Source: Octopus sinensis
Taxonomy: Eukaryota
DNA length: 64,000 bases
Direction of reading: 5' to 3'
NCBI RefSeq assembly: GCF_006345805.1
Contig: NC_043017.1
Coordinates: forward strand, 26,474,001 to 26,538,000
The position numbers and the translations under genes are program-made. The notes beneath the pieces were generated by a model. The model had not been told where the DNA came from. It searched no databases and worked only from the letters and a program-made list of their open reading frames with translations. Numbering within the stretch: the first letter of the stretch is position 1; each line of letters opens with the position of its first letter. Positions 24,187-35,767 of the stretch are shown here, one piece after another.

Positions 24187-24750
24187 AAATTGTTATTGCG
24201 TTTGATGATCCTTCAAAACTATTTCAGTTGTCTAAACAGTAAAATATATGAGTTATATTCTGCACTCAAGAAACATATGTGTCCAACTACAAGTGATGTC
24301 AAAATCATCATCGTTCCTGTTGTCACGTCATAGGAAAAATCGATATCTGATCTCAAATTGCTTATTCACGCATGCAATTTATCCAGCTGTTCTATTGTTC
24401 ATTCTTTTTTTTTTTTTTAAATTGTATCCTTGAAACGTCAAATCGAATAATTAGTGTGCGTCATTGTGTGCCAACGTATGCATGAATATGAATTTGGTGT
24501 GTGTATGTGTTTGAAAGCCTACAAATAATATCAACTTTAATGCCATTAGTTTTTTATAAACTATATCACTTAACATAACCTATTTACACGCTCTGATAAT
24601 TTCAGGTGTAATGAGTGGCTGACGTTCGTTGGTGACATTTTCCATATACTACTAGAAGTTATTTTTCAACTGATTCGCATTTGAAAATACCTAAGTTATT
24701 ACAAATTCTTATTGCCACTTAATGTGAATCCATGAAGAATTATTCTATAG

Positions 24751-24819
24751 AAACCTTGTGTGTGAAATTCTGGAAAAAATGACTATGCCAAGTAAATTTC
24801 TTCTCTTGTTTATGCATAC
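24751..24819 (+). CDS. Candidate exon E12 (69 nt; NLVCEILEKMTMPSKFLLLFMH, phase 2-2)
   Basis: ttattctatag acceptor, AC|gtaagt donor; one open frame. Confidence 0.3.
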
Positions 24820-25270
24820 GTAAGTAATCTAGGGTTTTTTTTTGTATTTTATATATAATTTTATTTATTTTTAAATTGGTCAGTCTTAATATCCAGTTTT
24901 GCATCATGGTCGCGGAAATTAATGAATTGTATAGATTAAAAATATAATATATCGATTACAAGTTCACGCTCCAATTCAGGACTATCATTTTTGTTCCAAA
25001 TATTTACGCTTTAAATGCAGCAGTTGGCTGAGCTGCACAAGAAAACATCGGATATAAGAAATGGATTTGGGTCTCTGTTAAAATTTAGAATTTGGAGTTG
25101 AAATAACGCTTGAAATAAAGCCATATATTTCGGATTGAAGCCTAGGATTTGCTGCAGTCACTTAGAATGAGTGCATAGGGTGAGGGTAACGATTATGTTT
25201 AAATAGAAATTGAACGACTCGAAAAGTTGAAATGCTTGTACAATGTTTTACACAATCATGGCTGTTTATA

Positions 25271-25695
25271 GGCGCAGGAGTGGCTGTTTGGTAAGTAGCT
25301 TGCTAATCAACCACATGGTTCCGGGTTCAGTCCCACTGCGTGGCATCTTGGGCAAGTGTCTTCTGCTATAGCCCCGGGCCGACCAATGACTTGTGAGTGG
25401 ATTTGGTAGACGGAAACTGAAAGAAGCATGTCGTATATATGTATATATATATATATAAGTATGTATGTGTGTGAATATGTTTGTGTGTCTGTGTTTGTCC
25501 CCCTAGCATTGCTTGACAACCGATGCTGGTGTGTTTACGTCCCCGTCACTTAGCGGTTCGGCAAAAGAGACCGATAGAATAAGTACTGGGCTTACAAAGA
25601 ATAAGTCTCGGGGTCGATTTGCTCGACTAAAGGCGGTGCTCCAGCATGGCCGCAGTCAAATGACTGAAACAAGTAAAAAGAGTAAAAAAAGAGAG
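25271..25695 (+). mobile_element. SINE family A, full length
   Basis: Family consensus match. Confidence 0.9.
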
Positions 25696-26049
25696 TATCG
25701 TATATACTCAAAAGAATGAAACCGGAAGTGATATAGGAAAAAAACAAAACAAAAAAACAAGCATTCAATTGTCTTAAAACGTGTTCAATTATTCCTCGAG
25801 TGTTCAACTCGGGCAACGTCCACAAGTTGTAAATATGAAAGGAATCTCTACTGAAATTCTAAGAAAAAGTGTATTAGATTAACTCGTTAACACGATACCG
25901 GCGAAGACAAACATTTCCTGATACACCTCAAGTAATGCCAGCTCAAACATTATTTCTAAATATAAAGCAACAAAAGACGGATAGAAGTAAAGGTGGAGCT
26001 CAAACATCTCCGCGTTCTTAGGGTTGAAACAGTTAAATGAACATAAGCA

Positions 26050-26094
<45 letters not shown>

Positions 26095-26893
26095 TAATAA
26101 TATAGGGTGAAATTAATTTTTGGAATAATCATTAATTTCACCAAGTAGATTTCGGCATGTAAAAGCCTCATTCGAGGAAAGTTTAAGTAATACTAATAAT
26201 TAAGGGTTTAGCAACGATTTGCCTCACCACACACCGAATTTAGAAATAGCAGTCATAGAGTTATAGCTATTCTTTCTACTTAGTAGAAAGAATAGCTATA
26301 ACTCTTTGACTGCTATTTCTAAAACTGATGTAATACTTATATTATTTAATAATGAAATAGCATGAACCGATTGTACTACACTACCATGGATATCCTCGTT
26401 GCTTATTTTGATTATAATCACCCCCATTTGATTTATATAGATAATACCATACCAAATTCTTGTGCCGTTAACTTAAGTACTATATTCATCTGAATCTAAA
26501 TTTTACTGTACTCATATATATATATATATATATATAATAGTAAGTAATTAAGGGTTTAGCAACGATTTGCCTCACCACACACCGAATTTAGAAATAGCAG
26601 TCAAAGAGTTATAGCTATTCTTTCTACTTAGTAGAAATAATGTAAGTATTACATCAGTTTTAATATGCAGAGCAATCTGCAGCCACACATAGAATTTTTT
26701 AATGTTACAATGCAATGTTGGCGAATGAAATAAGTATAAAATGTTTATCGTCTACTTAATTTTAGAAATTCTATATGTGGCTGAAGGGTGCTCTGGTTTT
26801 TAAAACTGATGTAATACTTACATTGTTTAATAAAATGAAGTTGCATGAAACGATTGTACCACACTACATTGGATATCCTTGTTGCTTATTTTG

Positions 26894-26895
<2 letters not shown>
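26095..26895. repeat. Complex of palindromes and duplications flanked by (TA)n
   Basis: 42-bp-arm hairpin 26239-26323; direct repeat ~26195-26288/26543-26638; imperfect hairpin 26641-26822. Confidence 0.8.
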
Positions 26896-26953
<58 letters not shown>

Positions 26954-27181
26954 TATATATATGTATATATATATATAGAAAGATGAATAATCTTGTTGCA
27001 GATTAATCAAAAGTTTAACCGATACCTTGGTAGCAAAAATCACAGCAGAAGAAAGCACGGTTGGAGGTACAACCATATGGTGTTGCAACCGTGCGTTGGT
27101 GCGGATAATTGAATTTTAATATTATTATTGAATTGAAGAAATGGAGTTGAACGAAGATTGAACAGAGATCCTTTTATTGCA

Positions 27182-27261
27182 TTCTACACGTGTTTCGAAA
27201 GCAACAATTCACCAAATTCCGATTGAATAAGGAGACCATATTGTGTCTTTCTCTTCAGGAA
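27182..27261 (-). ncRNA. Type I hammerhead ribozyme motif (PLE 3' terminus)
   Basis: ttc-CTGAAGA-gaaag...ctttc-GAAA-cacgtg-TA/gaa on the minus strand. Confidence 0.75.
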
Positions 27262-27831
27262 GAAATAGGAATTCCGTTGGCAGAACAAAAACAGAACAGA
27301 GCGCAGCAAACAAATCGAACGAGGAGGCTCCTAAGAGCCCATGGCCAAACTGTTTATCAATGTTGAAATCGGGTGGTGGGCGCGTTGAAGATATTTACAG
27401 GTCAGGCAGCGGTCAATCCGGTGGGTGAGAGCATGGGGTGCGTAGATGTTCTTTGTGATCGAGACTAAGGTTCTGACTATTTTAAGAATATTAGGTGTGT
27501 TATGTGGGGCGAGTCAAAATCTACTTAGAAACATGTGTGTGTGAACTGTTCTATATGTGCGCGGGCGCGTAAGTTGGTAAAAAGCTGCCCAATGGTCACT
27601 GCTGAAAAATCTGTCAGGCGGCAGAAAATAATTTTATGTGTTCGTGTGTGTCGTCTAATCATGCTTTGTCAAAAAAAACCTCACGTCTTCAAACAAAACA
27701 CCATTCGCCTAATGGGAGTAGTTCCCCTTGCAATGGTTAATCAAATCTATCTAAAAAGCTTTTCAAAAATTATTTCCAAGGGCTATTTTCATATAAGTAG
27801 GGTAACCGGGTGCAGGTATCATTTGTAAGCG

Positions 27832-29184
27832 TCATTTATAAGCAAGATATGTAAAACGCCGCCAATGGGGGCATCGAAAAGCCGACTGCAAAAGTCCCTT
27901 TACCATTCGGTCTCTGGCGAACAATATATGGAAAAGCTCAGAGACACAAAGGTTGCACTTCCTTCTGCCCCTATCAAATGGGAAGGCCACCGACAAAATT
28001 GACCATTCCAGCCTGTAGCTTGAGCTCGTATTCTTCAATCGCCATATTAGCTTGCTGAGTCCCGTGGCCTGGAGTTTATTCACGTCGCGAAAAGTTGCGT
28101 AATGGTTGGAGATTCGTAAGGCCAATTTTGACGATGAGGCCCCGACATATGAGTAGACATCTGAGTCCGTGTAAACCTTGCATTGGTAAACGGCATTTCT
28201 GATCTTAGAGTTCCCTAACATGAACCTTATTCTATTAGGATTAGTTTCTGAAATTAGAACTGCGTTACTGTTACTATATTGATTGCGAGAAGTGCAGCCG
28301 CTTACTACTTTATTTTCCACTAAGTCACTATTAACTAACGGAATAACCCCTGATTCTTCAGTATCACTCAGAGTGCTGTTATTGCTAGTGTCCGTGTTCC
28401 TGCTATTGCCGGAAACGATGCTGGAGTTGCTATTGGGACTCTCTACCCTAATGAGCCGAGTTGCGCTCACCTCACTACTGCCATTGTTATCGTTAATGAC
28501 ATCACCCTTATTTATATCTATACGCCTAGTATATAATCCCTGGTTGGAGCTGAGATTATCAGTCACTGTACTGGCCCTCATATCATTATTACTACTATTG
28601 TTATTCCTACTGAGCGTTAAACCGGGAGCGGACGAAGCTGTGCCTCCGGATAAAGGTGATAGGGTCTTCATAAGCAGCCTATTATTATGGGGGGCGATTA
28701 TCTGGGCGAGGTTTTTAGTGTTGGAGAAAGCTATCCTAACTTTATGCGAGTTAACCGTGGAGTAATATTTGGAATTTCTGGGGAAGTTATTGGCGATGGC
28801 TTGTCGAAACAGGAGGGGGAGGTTAGTTCTAATCTGCTTACCAAAGGGAATTACAAACCATATATGCTTATTCCTATTTATGTGATGGGTCGGGAAGCCA
28901 GCTCTTGCATTAGGGTAGGTGATTCTCGGATGAATAACGGGTTTTGGGTTAGTGTGAACCCCCCCGGACCGATAATTATCCTTGTTCGCTAAACTAAATA
29001 CGGAAGTGCCTGCCCCAGCACCCGCCGCGCTCCTGTCACTACTTAAATTATTTAAGTTATTATAGACGGCCCTATCCTGATGACCGAATGATGGCATCGG
29101 AAGGGCCGGATCAATATAAATTACCTTCTGCCTATAACCTTCTGCCCACCACCCGATTTCAACATTGATAAACAGTTTGGCCAT
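27832..29184 (-). CDS. PLE-derived ORF (450 aa): RT C-terminal linker plus GIY-YIG endonuclease, no RT catalytic core
   Basis: KHIWFVIPF...FPRNSKY...VRIAFSNTKNLAQIIAPHN and AVYQCKV...YVG...RISNH...LSKLIWRLK...EWSIL...KCNLCVSE...CPH. Confidence 0.8.
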   Translation of the reverse strand: MAKLFINVEIGWWAEGYRQKVIYIDPALPMPSFGHQDRAVYNNLNNLSSDRSAAGAGAGTSVFSLANKDNYRSGGVHTNPKPVIHPRITYPNARAGFPTHHINRNKHIWFVIPFGKQIRTNLPLLFRQAIANNFPRNSKYYSTVNSHKVRIAFSNTKNLAQIIAPHNNRLLMKTLSPLSGGTASSAPGLTLSRNNNSSNNDMRASTVTDNLSSNQGLYTRRIDINKGDVINDNNGSSEVSATRLIRVESPNSNSSIVSGNSRNTDTSNNSTLSDTEESGVIPLVNSDLVENKVVSGCTSRNQYSNSNAVLISETNPNRIRFMLGNSKIRNAVYQCKVYTDSDVYSYVGASSSKLALRISNHYATFRDVNKLQATGLSKLIWRLKNTSSSYRLEWSILSVAFPFDRGRRKCNLCVSELFHILFARDRMVKGLLQSAFRCPHWRRFTYLAYK

Positions 29185-29265
29185 GGGCTCTTAGGAGCCT
29201 CCTCGTTCGATTTGTTTTGCTGCGCCTCTGTTCTGTTTTTGTTCTGCCAACGGAATTCCTATTTC

Positions 29266-29345
29266 TTCCTGAAGAGAAAGACACAATATGGTCTCCTTAT
29301 TCAATCGGAATTTGGTAAATTGTTGCTTTCGAAACACGTGTAGAA
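29266..29345 (+). ncRNA. Type I hammerhead ribozyme motif (inverted terminus)
   Basis: CTGAAGA 29269-29275; stem II gaaag/ctttc; GAAA 29331-29334; ACACGTGT palindrome; GUA triplet, predicted cleavage after 29342. Confidence 0.75.
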
Positions 29346-29518
29346 AGCAATAAAAGGATCTCTGTTCAATCTTCGTTCAACTCCATTTCTTCAATTCAAT
29401 AATAATATATATATATTTATATTCATATATGTATATATATATTTATATTTATATATATATATAATATTTATATATGTATATACATATACAATACACATAC
29501 ATACATACTATATATATA

Positions 29519-29591
<73 letters not shown>

Positions 29592-29594
<3 letters not shown>

Positions 29595-29752
29595 GAGTGG
29601 TTGTGTGGTAAGAAGCTTTATTCCCAACCACATGGTTCCGAATTCAATCCCACTGCGCAGCACATTAAGCAAGTGTCTTCTATGCCCTCGGGCTGATTAG
29701 ACATTTGTGAGTGGATTTCGTAGACGGAAATTGAAAGAAGCCCGTCGTATGT
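29592..29752 (+). mobile_element. SINE family A 5' half
   Basis: Head through gaagcccgtcgtat. Confidence 0.8.
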
Positions 29753-30408
29753 CTGTATATATACTTAAGTGTGTAAGAATGAGAAAAAGGATGTTTCATA
29801 ATTTTTCCCAATGTTTTTATATAAATGTGTTCTGTGTCAGTGTTCATCTTACCATATATTTTACTGTTTTTTCTTTCTCAATCATGCTTCACATCGCTAC
29901 ATTCGCTGATCGTTGAATTCATACGATTCCCAAAGATTCCAAACATATTGTTGTGCGTTTGATGAAAGACACTGAACAACGTTTGCTAACTCAATGATCG
30001 TTTGAGCCGCTCTCTAATTTATTGTCTGAATTCATTCTTAAACATACAAAGATGACTGCCGGTCTGTTGTCGATAACTATATCTTACTACTGATGTCGTG
30101 CAAGAGATAGAAACGATCAGATGTAGAAGATATCAGGGGAGAAATATAGACAAAATAATACAAAAAGAAAACTCAAAAAATATAACACTCATGACTATGT
30201 CATACGACACTGAATCAGGATACAATCAAACTTCAAAGAAAGATACTTAATATAATGCTCTCTGATCACTATGTGGTTCCATTCCTTGATCTTGTGATAG
30301 TATCTTTGTATTTATGTCCTCGAATGTATATTATTGCTCTCACTTCCTCTGACGTCGGGTTCGGCGAAATATCTATCTACTTGTTTATCTGTCAAATTAC
30401 CTATCTGT

Positions 30409-30457
<49 letters not shown>

Positions 30458-30580
30458 ATATATTATACTTACATACATACATATATATATACATATATAT
30501 AATATATATATATATATACATATATATATACATATATATATATATACATTATATATATATATGTATATACACACACATAT

Positions 30581-30629
<49 letters not shown>

Positions 30630-30719
30630 TATGTAATCACGTATGTGTGTGTGTTTACGTGCGCGCTGTTTTGTGAGTTTTAGACACGGGCAAGTACGTG
30701 AGTGTGTGTTTGTGTGCAT

Positions 30720-30776
<57 letters not shown>

Positions 30777-30864
30777 ATATATGGAAACACCGCATAGACA
30801 CGCATTTACACACATAAACACACTCACATATGACTCTAGCTGCTTGTCTGACTTTATTATTTAG

Positions 30865-30928
30865 ATTCGAAAATCAGAATAATCAAAGATATTCATTACA
30901 CATAATGTGTAGCTACTTTACCGCAAAG
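30865..30928 (+). CDS. Weak candidate exon E13 (64 nt; FENQNNQRYSLHIMCSYFTAK, phase 2-0)
   Basis: gactttattatttag acceptor, AAG|gtgtcc donor; one open frame. Confidence 0.2.
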
Positions 30929-31211
30929 GTGTCCAAGCGAACAGTCTCAAAAATAAAGCTAGTGTATGAACTGGTGATAGCTGTTGCACAGTCTTCTGTT
31001 TTCTCTCATCTTTAGATGCTAAACATGATACCTGTTTGACTACTATCTAGACGTACTTGAATAAATATGCGTATATAGAGAGACTTGTTGCTACAGACAT
31101 ACAAACATTGCATATAATCACAAATCGAGCAAAGAGCTCTATCCTGTGTGTGTGTATACATAAATACACATACATGCATATATATATATATATGTATTTA
31201 TAATATACATA

Positions 31212-31445
31212 AGAGATAAAACCACTATTATGCAACTCAAACAGTGATAGACATAAACCAAAACATAAATAACAAATATTTTTATAAAACATATTACTAG
31301 ATCTCAAAATGTTGTTGCATAATAGAGGTTTTATCTCTAATTTATATTTTATATATTTATATATAAATTTATTTATGTGAAATTTGATTCAATACCAAAT
31401 TGAATTTTTCCTGTAAGTTTGGAGTTATACTCCCTAATATTATTA
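31212..31445. repeat. Fold-back element (same family as 50660-50899)
   Basis: agagataaaaccactattatgcaac (31212-31236) / gttgcataatagaggttttatctct (31314-31338). Confidence 0.75.
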
Positions 31446-31463
31446 TTATATACATACATACGC

Positions 31464-31528
<65 letters not shown>

Positions 31529-31729
31529 ATATATTATATATATATTGGTAGCCACTATAGACATTTTTTCTCTCTCCTGGTTTATCACCTTGTAAAACGT
31601 TCTGTATTACTTTCTGTGGAATAGTGTAGGCTCGAAACGTTAAAGACTTTTTCAATTCCCAAGCGTTATACTAATACGTCTGTTGTTTTCTACACCTGTC
31701 TTCGTCTTTTAATTTTTTCATGAGTTCTG

Positions 31730-31821
<92 letters not shown>

Positions 31822-32024
31822 TTTATAAATAATTTTGTTAATCGTCGTTCAACTCCATACTTCATTTATTGTATTAAAGAAAAACACACGAATTTCCACA
31901 CGAAAGCACGTGATCTCTGCCCTTGGCATGTAGCTTCAACCGTGTTCTTCTGACGTGAATTTGCTACCCAGGTATCGGTTAACCAAATTATCCATACTAA
32001 GATAATTCATTCAACTACTTATAT

Positions 32025-32069
<45 letters not shown>

Positions 32070-32071
<2 letters not shown>

Positions 32072-32480
32072 TTCCGTTAGGAACGTAGCAGTGGCAAAAT
32101 AGAGCTCGTTCAACATTTGAATTACCAAAATACCCGGTAGTGTTACAATATATTTCTGAGTCTTGATTTGAGCATCCGACGTCTGTGAAAATATAATTGA
32201 ATACGATTGCGTTAACAGGAAGCGGAATGATATTGCCAGCGTCTCACTAAATTCTAACAAGATAGATTGTTGTGTTACCATCGAAGGGGAAGTTTTTTTT
32301 CTTACAGAACGAGGGCAGCAATTTAATACTAGTTGAAGAAATACAAATGGATCCTATTATACAGGTAAGTGGTCGAATTAACAAATGCCTGTATATATGG
32401 AGAACCAGGTTGTATAAAAACCTGTGTAGTGATTAGAAAATAACTGTCCAAACGTACACCTTTTTGTTCAATCTATCTTT
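32070..32480. repeat. Unclassified dispersed repeat; a related copy at ~42900-43260 is partly inverted
   Basis: aacgtagcagtggcaaaatagagctcgttcaac matches 42930 on the same strand; atcctattatacaggtaa matches ~43190-43170 on the minus strand. Confidence 0.6.
32308..32364 (+). CDS. Candidate exon E14 (57 nt; NEGSNLILVEEIQMDPIIQ), possibly repeat-derived
   Basis: Strong ttttttcttacag acceptor and CAG|gtaagt donor, one open frame, but it lies inside a dispersed repeat. Confidence 0.3.
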
Positions 32481-32721
32481 TTCAATTATATTTTTAATAC
32501 TTTTCCCTCTGTGTTACGTGTTCGTTTCTCTTTTTTCCATCTTTGTGATCTTCTGTGTAAATGAACATGTTTCCTCCGTCTGGCCACGTTTTTTTCTCCA
32601 AAACGAGAAGTTACATTGCAGAGCTGTTATTTTAACAAGTTGTTTACATATATAACTCGATGAGGTACATCTACAAAGCCGTATGCTCCTGAATCAGTTA
32701 TGGAGTGTCCCAACAATGAGC

Positions 32722-32875
32722 GATTGATGGCAGACTTTGCATTTCATCCTTTCGGTGTCGATAAATTAAGTACCAGTTACGCACTGGGGGTCGACGCAAT
32801 CGACTTAATCCGTTTGTCTGTTCTTGGTTATAACCTCTGCGTTTAGCCCATTGTGGGTAGTAAAGAAATAGGGAG
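32722..32875 (+). mobile_element. SINE family B, 5'-truncated
   Basis: Core and tail match. Confidence 0.8.
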
Positions 32876-33174
32876 ATATGTCGAAACAAATCTCGTATAT
32901 TCCATCTTCGGTCTCCCATTTGCCATATATACATATATATATATATATGAGCAAATCGCCTACCGTCCAGAGGACGGTGCTGAGTTGTCAGACATTTAAA
33001 ACGCATTTTCTCTAAACAACTTTTTCCGACAGTCCCATAGGCATCCCCTTTCAGAAACACTGATTTAACCTAAATTTCAGACACCAGCAAAAGAAGAAAT
33101 AAAGATAGACTTTTTTATCTATTCCAATGAAAAATGGCTTTCTCCGTCGCATTCTCACATGGAGAATATATATA

Positions 33175-33245
33175 TATTATTAATATTATTATTATTATTA
33201 TTATCATTATTATTATTATTATTACTATTATTATTGTTATTATTA

Positions 33246-33321
<76 letters not shown>

Positions 33322-33372
33322 CATCATTATTATTATATATTGTTATTGTTGTTATTATTATTATTATTATAA
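33175..33372. repeat. (ATT)n microsatellite
   Basis: Direct reading. Confidence 0.95.
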
Positions 33373-34309
33373 ATGGCGGTGCCCCAGCATGGCCACAGCT
33401 CATTAGCTGAAACTGGAAAAAAAAAATCCAAATCATATATGTCTTAACGTGCTCATATCCATAGTCCATAGATTGTAATCAGACAAATATCTGGCAGCTG
33501 CTTCTCTGTGCATGGCGGTATTTGTGTTTCTCTGACCGTGTGCGTGTGTGTGAGGGCATACGTGTGTGTGAATGTGTATGTGAGTGTGTGTATGTATGTG
33601 TGTTGTAAATTCTATCACCACGTATCCCGTTGTGCGATATAACAATATTTTCAGCGATAGAAATGTCTTTTGAAAATGTATGATATCCAACCAGTACATA
33701 CAACACCTGATAGTTATTTTCTGATTAATCATAATTGGTATTGTTATCATATTTTCTGAATATGATTGCTGCTTTTGAATTCTATAGAAGTTATTAAATA
33801 ATTGTTAGTGTATAGAAGTTATTAAATAATTGTTAGCCTACAAAAAAATGGGTCGCCTTTCATCAAAGTTCTAATCTGTCTCAAGTTTACCTGCGGGGAA
33901 AGAGCGTAAACAACGTCTAGTATCTAGATTTATATATTCTACATATTCTTCGATTGTCTCCATAGTTTCAAAAACATATTAGCAATGTTCTTATGTAAGA
34001 AAATGAAACAAGATATCGTAAAATACTTTGCATGCGGTCATTATCACATCATCAGTGTTTGAGATAATGGAGTGCTATTTTTTTCACTCAGCTTGTAGAA
34101 TTGATGTGAAGAAGTAGTATGAAATTTTGATATATAGCTTAAGGCCACAAATGAAAACACATGTACTACCTAATACAAGGAAATATAATTGTCGTATATA
34201 AAATGACATAATACACCCAGCCTATGAAGTCTATATAATACATATTCATATACTTCTTTACGTTGCTCCCATTATATCATTTCTAAGATAAAAACAAGAC
34301 ATATATTTA

Positions 34310-34509
34310 GTTCAGTTCTATATTTAAGAGATGAGGAATTATGTGCATTATTTACATTATTTACATTTGATGGATATTTGTTCTCATCTTGTTTGTTTCT
34401 AACAGAACGCTTCGGCTGATATACCCTCCATCAATCATCAGGTGTCCTGGGGAAATTTCGAACCTGGATTCTCATTCCTTAGTTATTTTGCGATGTTGTT
34501 GTGTTGTTG

Positions 34510-34578
<69 letters not shown>

Positions 34579-34650
34579 ATTATTATTATCAATATCATTA
34601 TTATTATTATTATTATCATCATTATTATTATTATTATTATTATTACTCAT
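34310..34650 (-). mobile_element. PLE terminal relic with a decayed HHR, abutting (ATT)n
   Basis: Minus strand cac-CTGATGA-ttgatggagggtatatcagcc-GAAG-cgtt at 34403-34444. Confidence 0.55.
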
Positions 34651-34844
34651 AGTAGTAGTAGCATTCAGGTCACTGTATATATTTAATTCTTTATAAAAAT
34701 TACATAAAACATGACGTACACTGATACTCTTGAGGCACAATTTCACAACTATCCGAACATTTATTTAATGCGCCCAAGACTATATTATCTAATGAGTTTA
34801 ATTTTTGAAGAAAGAATGTTTGATTTTAATATATATGGATGTTA

Positions 34845-35096
34845 AATAAAATATATAAATGCGCCCTTTTAAAGCGTAGCCAAGGTCATGGGACCGTTTT
34901 CCCGGATGGCGTATGTGTTTCCCAGCTGAACGGGACGCAATTCCATCGCAGCGTTACACATTTTTGCCAGCTTAGTGGACTACAACAACGTGAAATGTAG
35001 TGTTTTTCTCAAGAACACAACGCGTCGCCCGGTCCAGGAATCGAAATCACAATCTTACGATCATGATGCCCAAACAACTATACCACGCACCTCCAC
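34845..35096 (-). mobile_element. SINE family F (C-type head and core, different tail), 14-bp TSD
   Basis: atatatggatgtta at 34831-34844 and 35097-35110; tail similar to 59750-59870. Confidence 0.8.
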
Positions 35097-35197
35097 ATAT
35101 ATGGATGTTACATCTAGCAAATCAATTTTATTCTAAGAGATTCATTTGAACGCTCATTCAACTAAATTGAAAATCATTTAAGATATGTAAACAGAGC

Positions 35198-35469
35198 ACA
35201 GGAGTGGCTGTGTGGTAAGTAGCTTGTTTACCAACCACATGGTTTTAGGTTCAGTACCACTGCGTGGCACCTTAGGCAAGTGTCTTCTACTATAGCCTCG
35301 GGCCGACCAAAGACTTGTGAGTGGATTTGGTAGACGGAAACTGAAAGAAGCCCGTCGTATATATGTATATATATCACTTGATCACGTGACTGACCATCGC
35401 TGGTCACAATGCTTTCGCATTGTTTTAGCCTTCGAATGACGCCACCCCGCTGGCTAAGCGAGCAGGCCA

Positions 35470-35527
<58 letters not shown>

Positions 35528-35767
35528 GGGTGCGCGTGTATGTTTGTGTGTTTGTGCTTGTCCCATCCAACCGCTTGAGAACCAATGCTGTGTGTTTATG
35601 TCCCCGTCACATAGCGGTTCGGCAAAAGAGACCGATATAATAAGTACTGGGCTTACAAAGAATAAGTCCCGGGGGTCGAGTTGCTCGACTAAATGCGGTG
35701 CTCCAGCATGACCGCAGTCAAATGATTGAAAAAAACCAAAAGACAAAAAGAGTAAAGAGTAAGAGAG
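35198..35767 (+). mobile_element. SINE family A with a family E tail fragment inserted (35373-35468, minus) in its microsatellite
   Basis: Both halves of A flank the insert. Confidence 0.85.

Larger units (their letters stand above)
27119..29408 (-). mobile_element. 5'-truncated Penelope-like retroelement with inverted terminal repeats
   Basis: Arms 27119-27381 and 29144-29408 differ by 2 substitutions and 2 one-nt indels; GIY-YIG ORF; HHR motifs. Confidence 0.9.

Noticed and set aside
2309-25825. Recurrent ORFs such as MTTDAGVFTSP... and MLGGQTQTHK...
   Set aside because: Open frames of SINE A copies; the recurrence reflects the repeat
28283-28992. Plus-strand ORFs of 160 and 101 aa
   Set aside because: Antisense shadows of the PLE ORF
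34406-34441. Exon-like ctaacag...cag|gtgtcc segment
   Set aside because: It is the reverse strand of a PLE HHR relic
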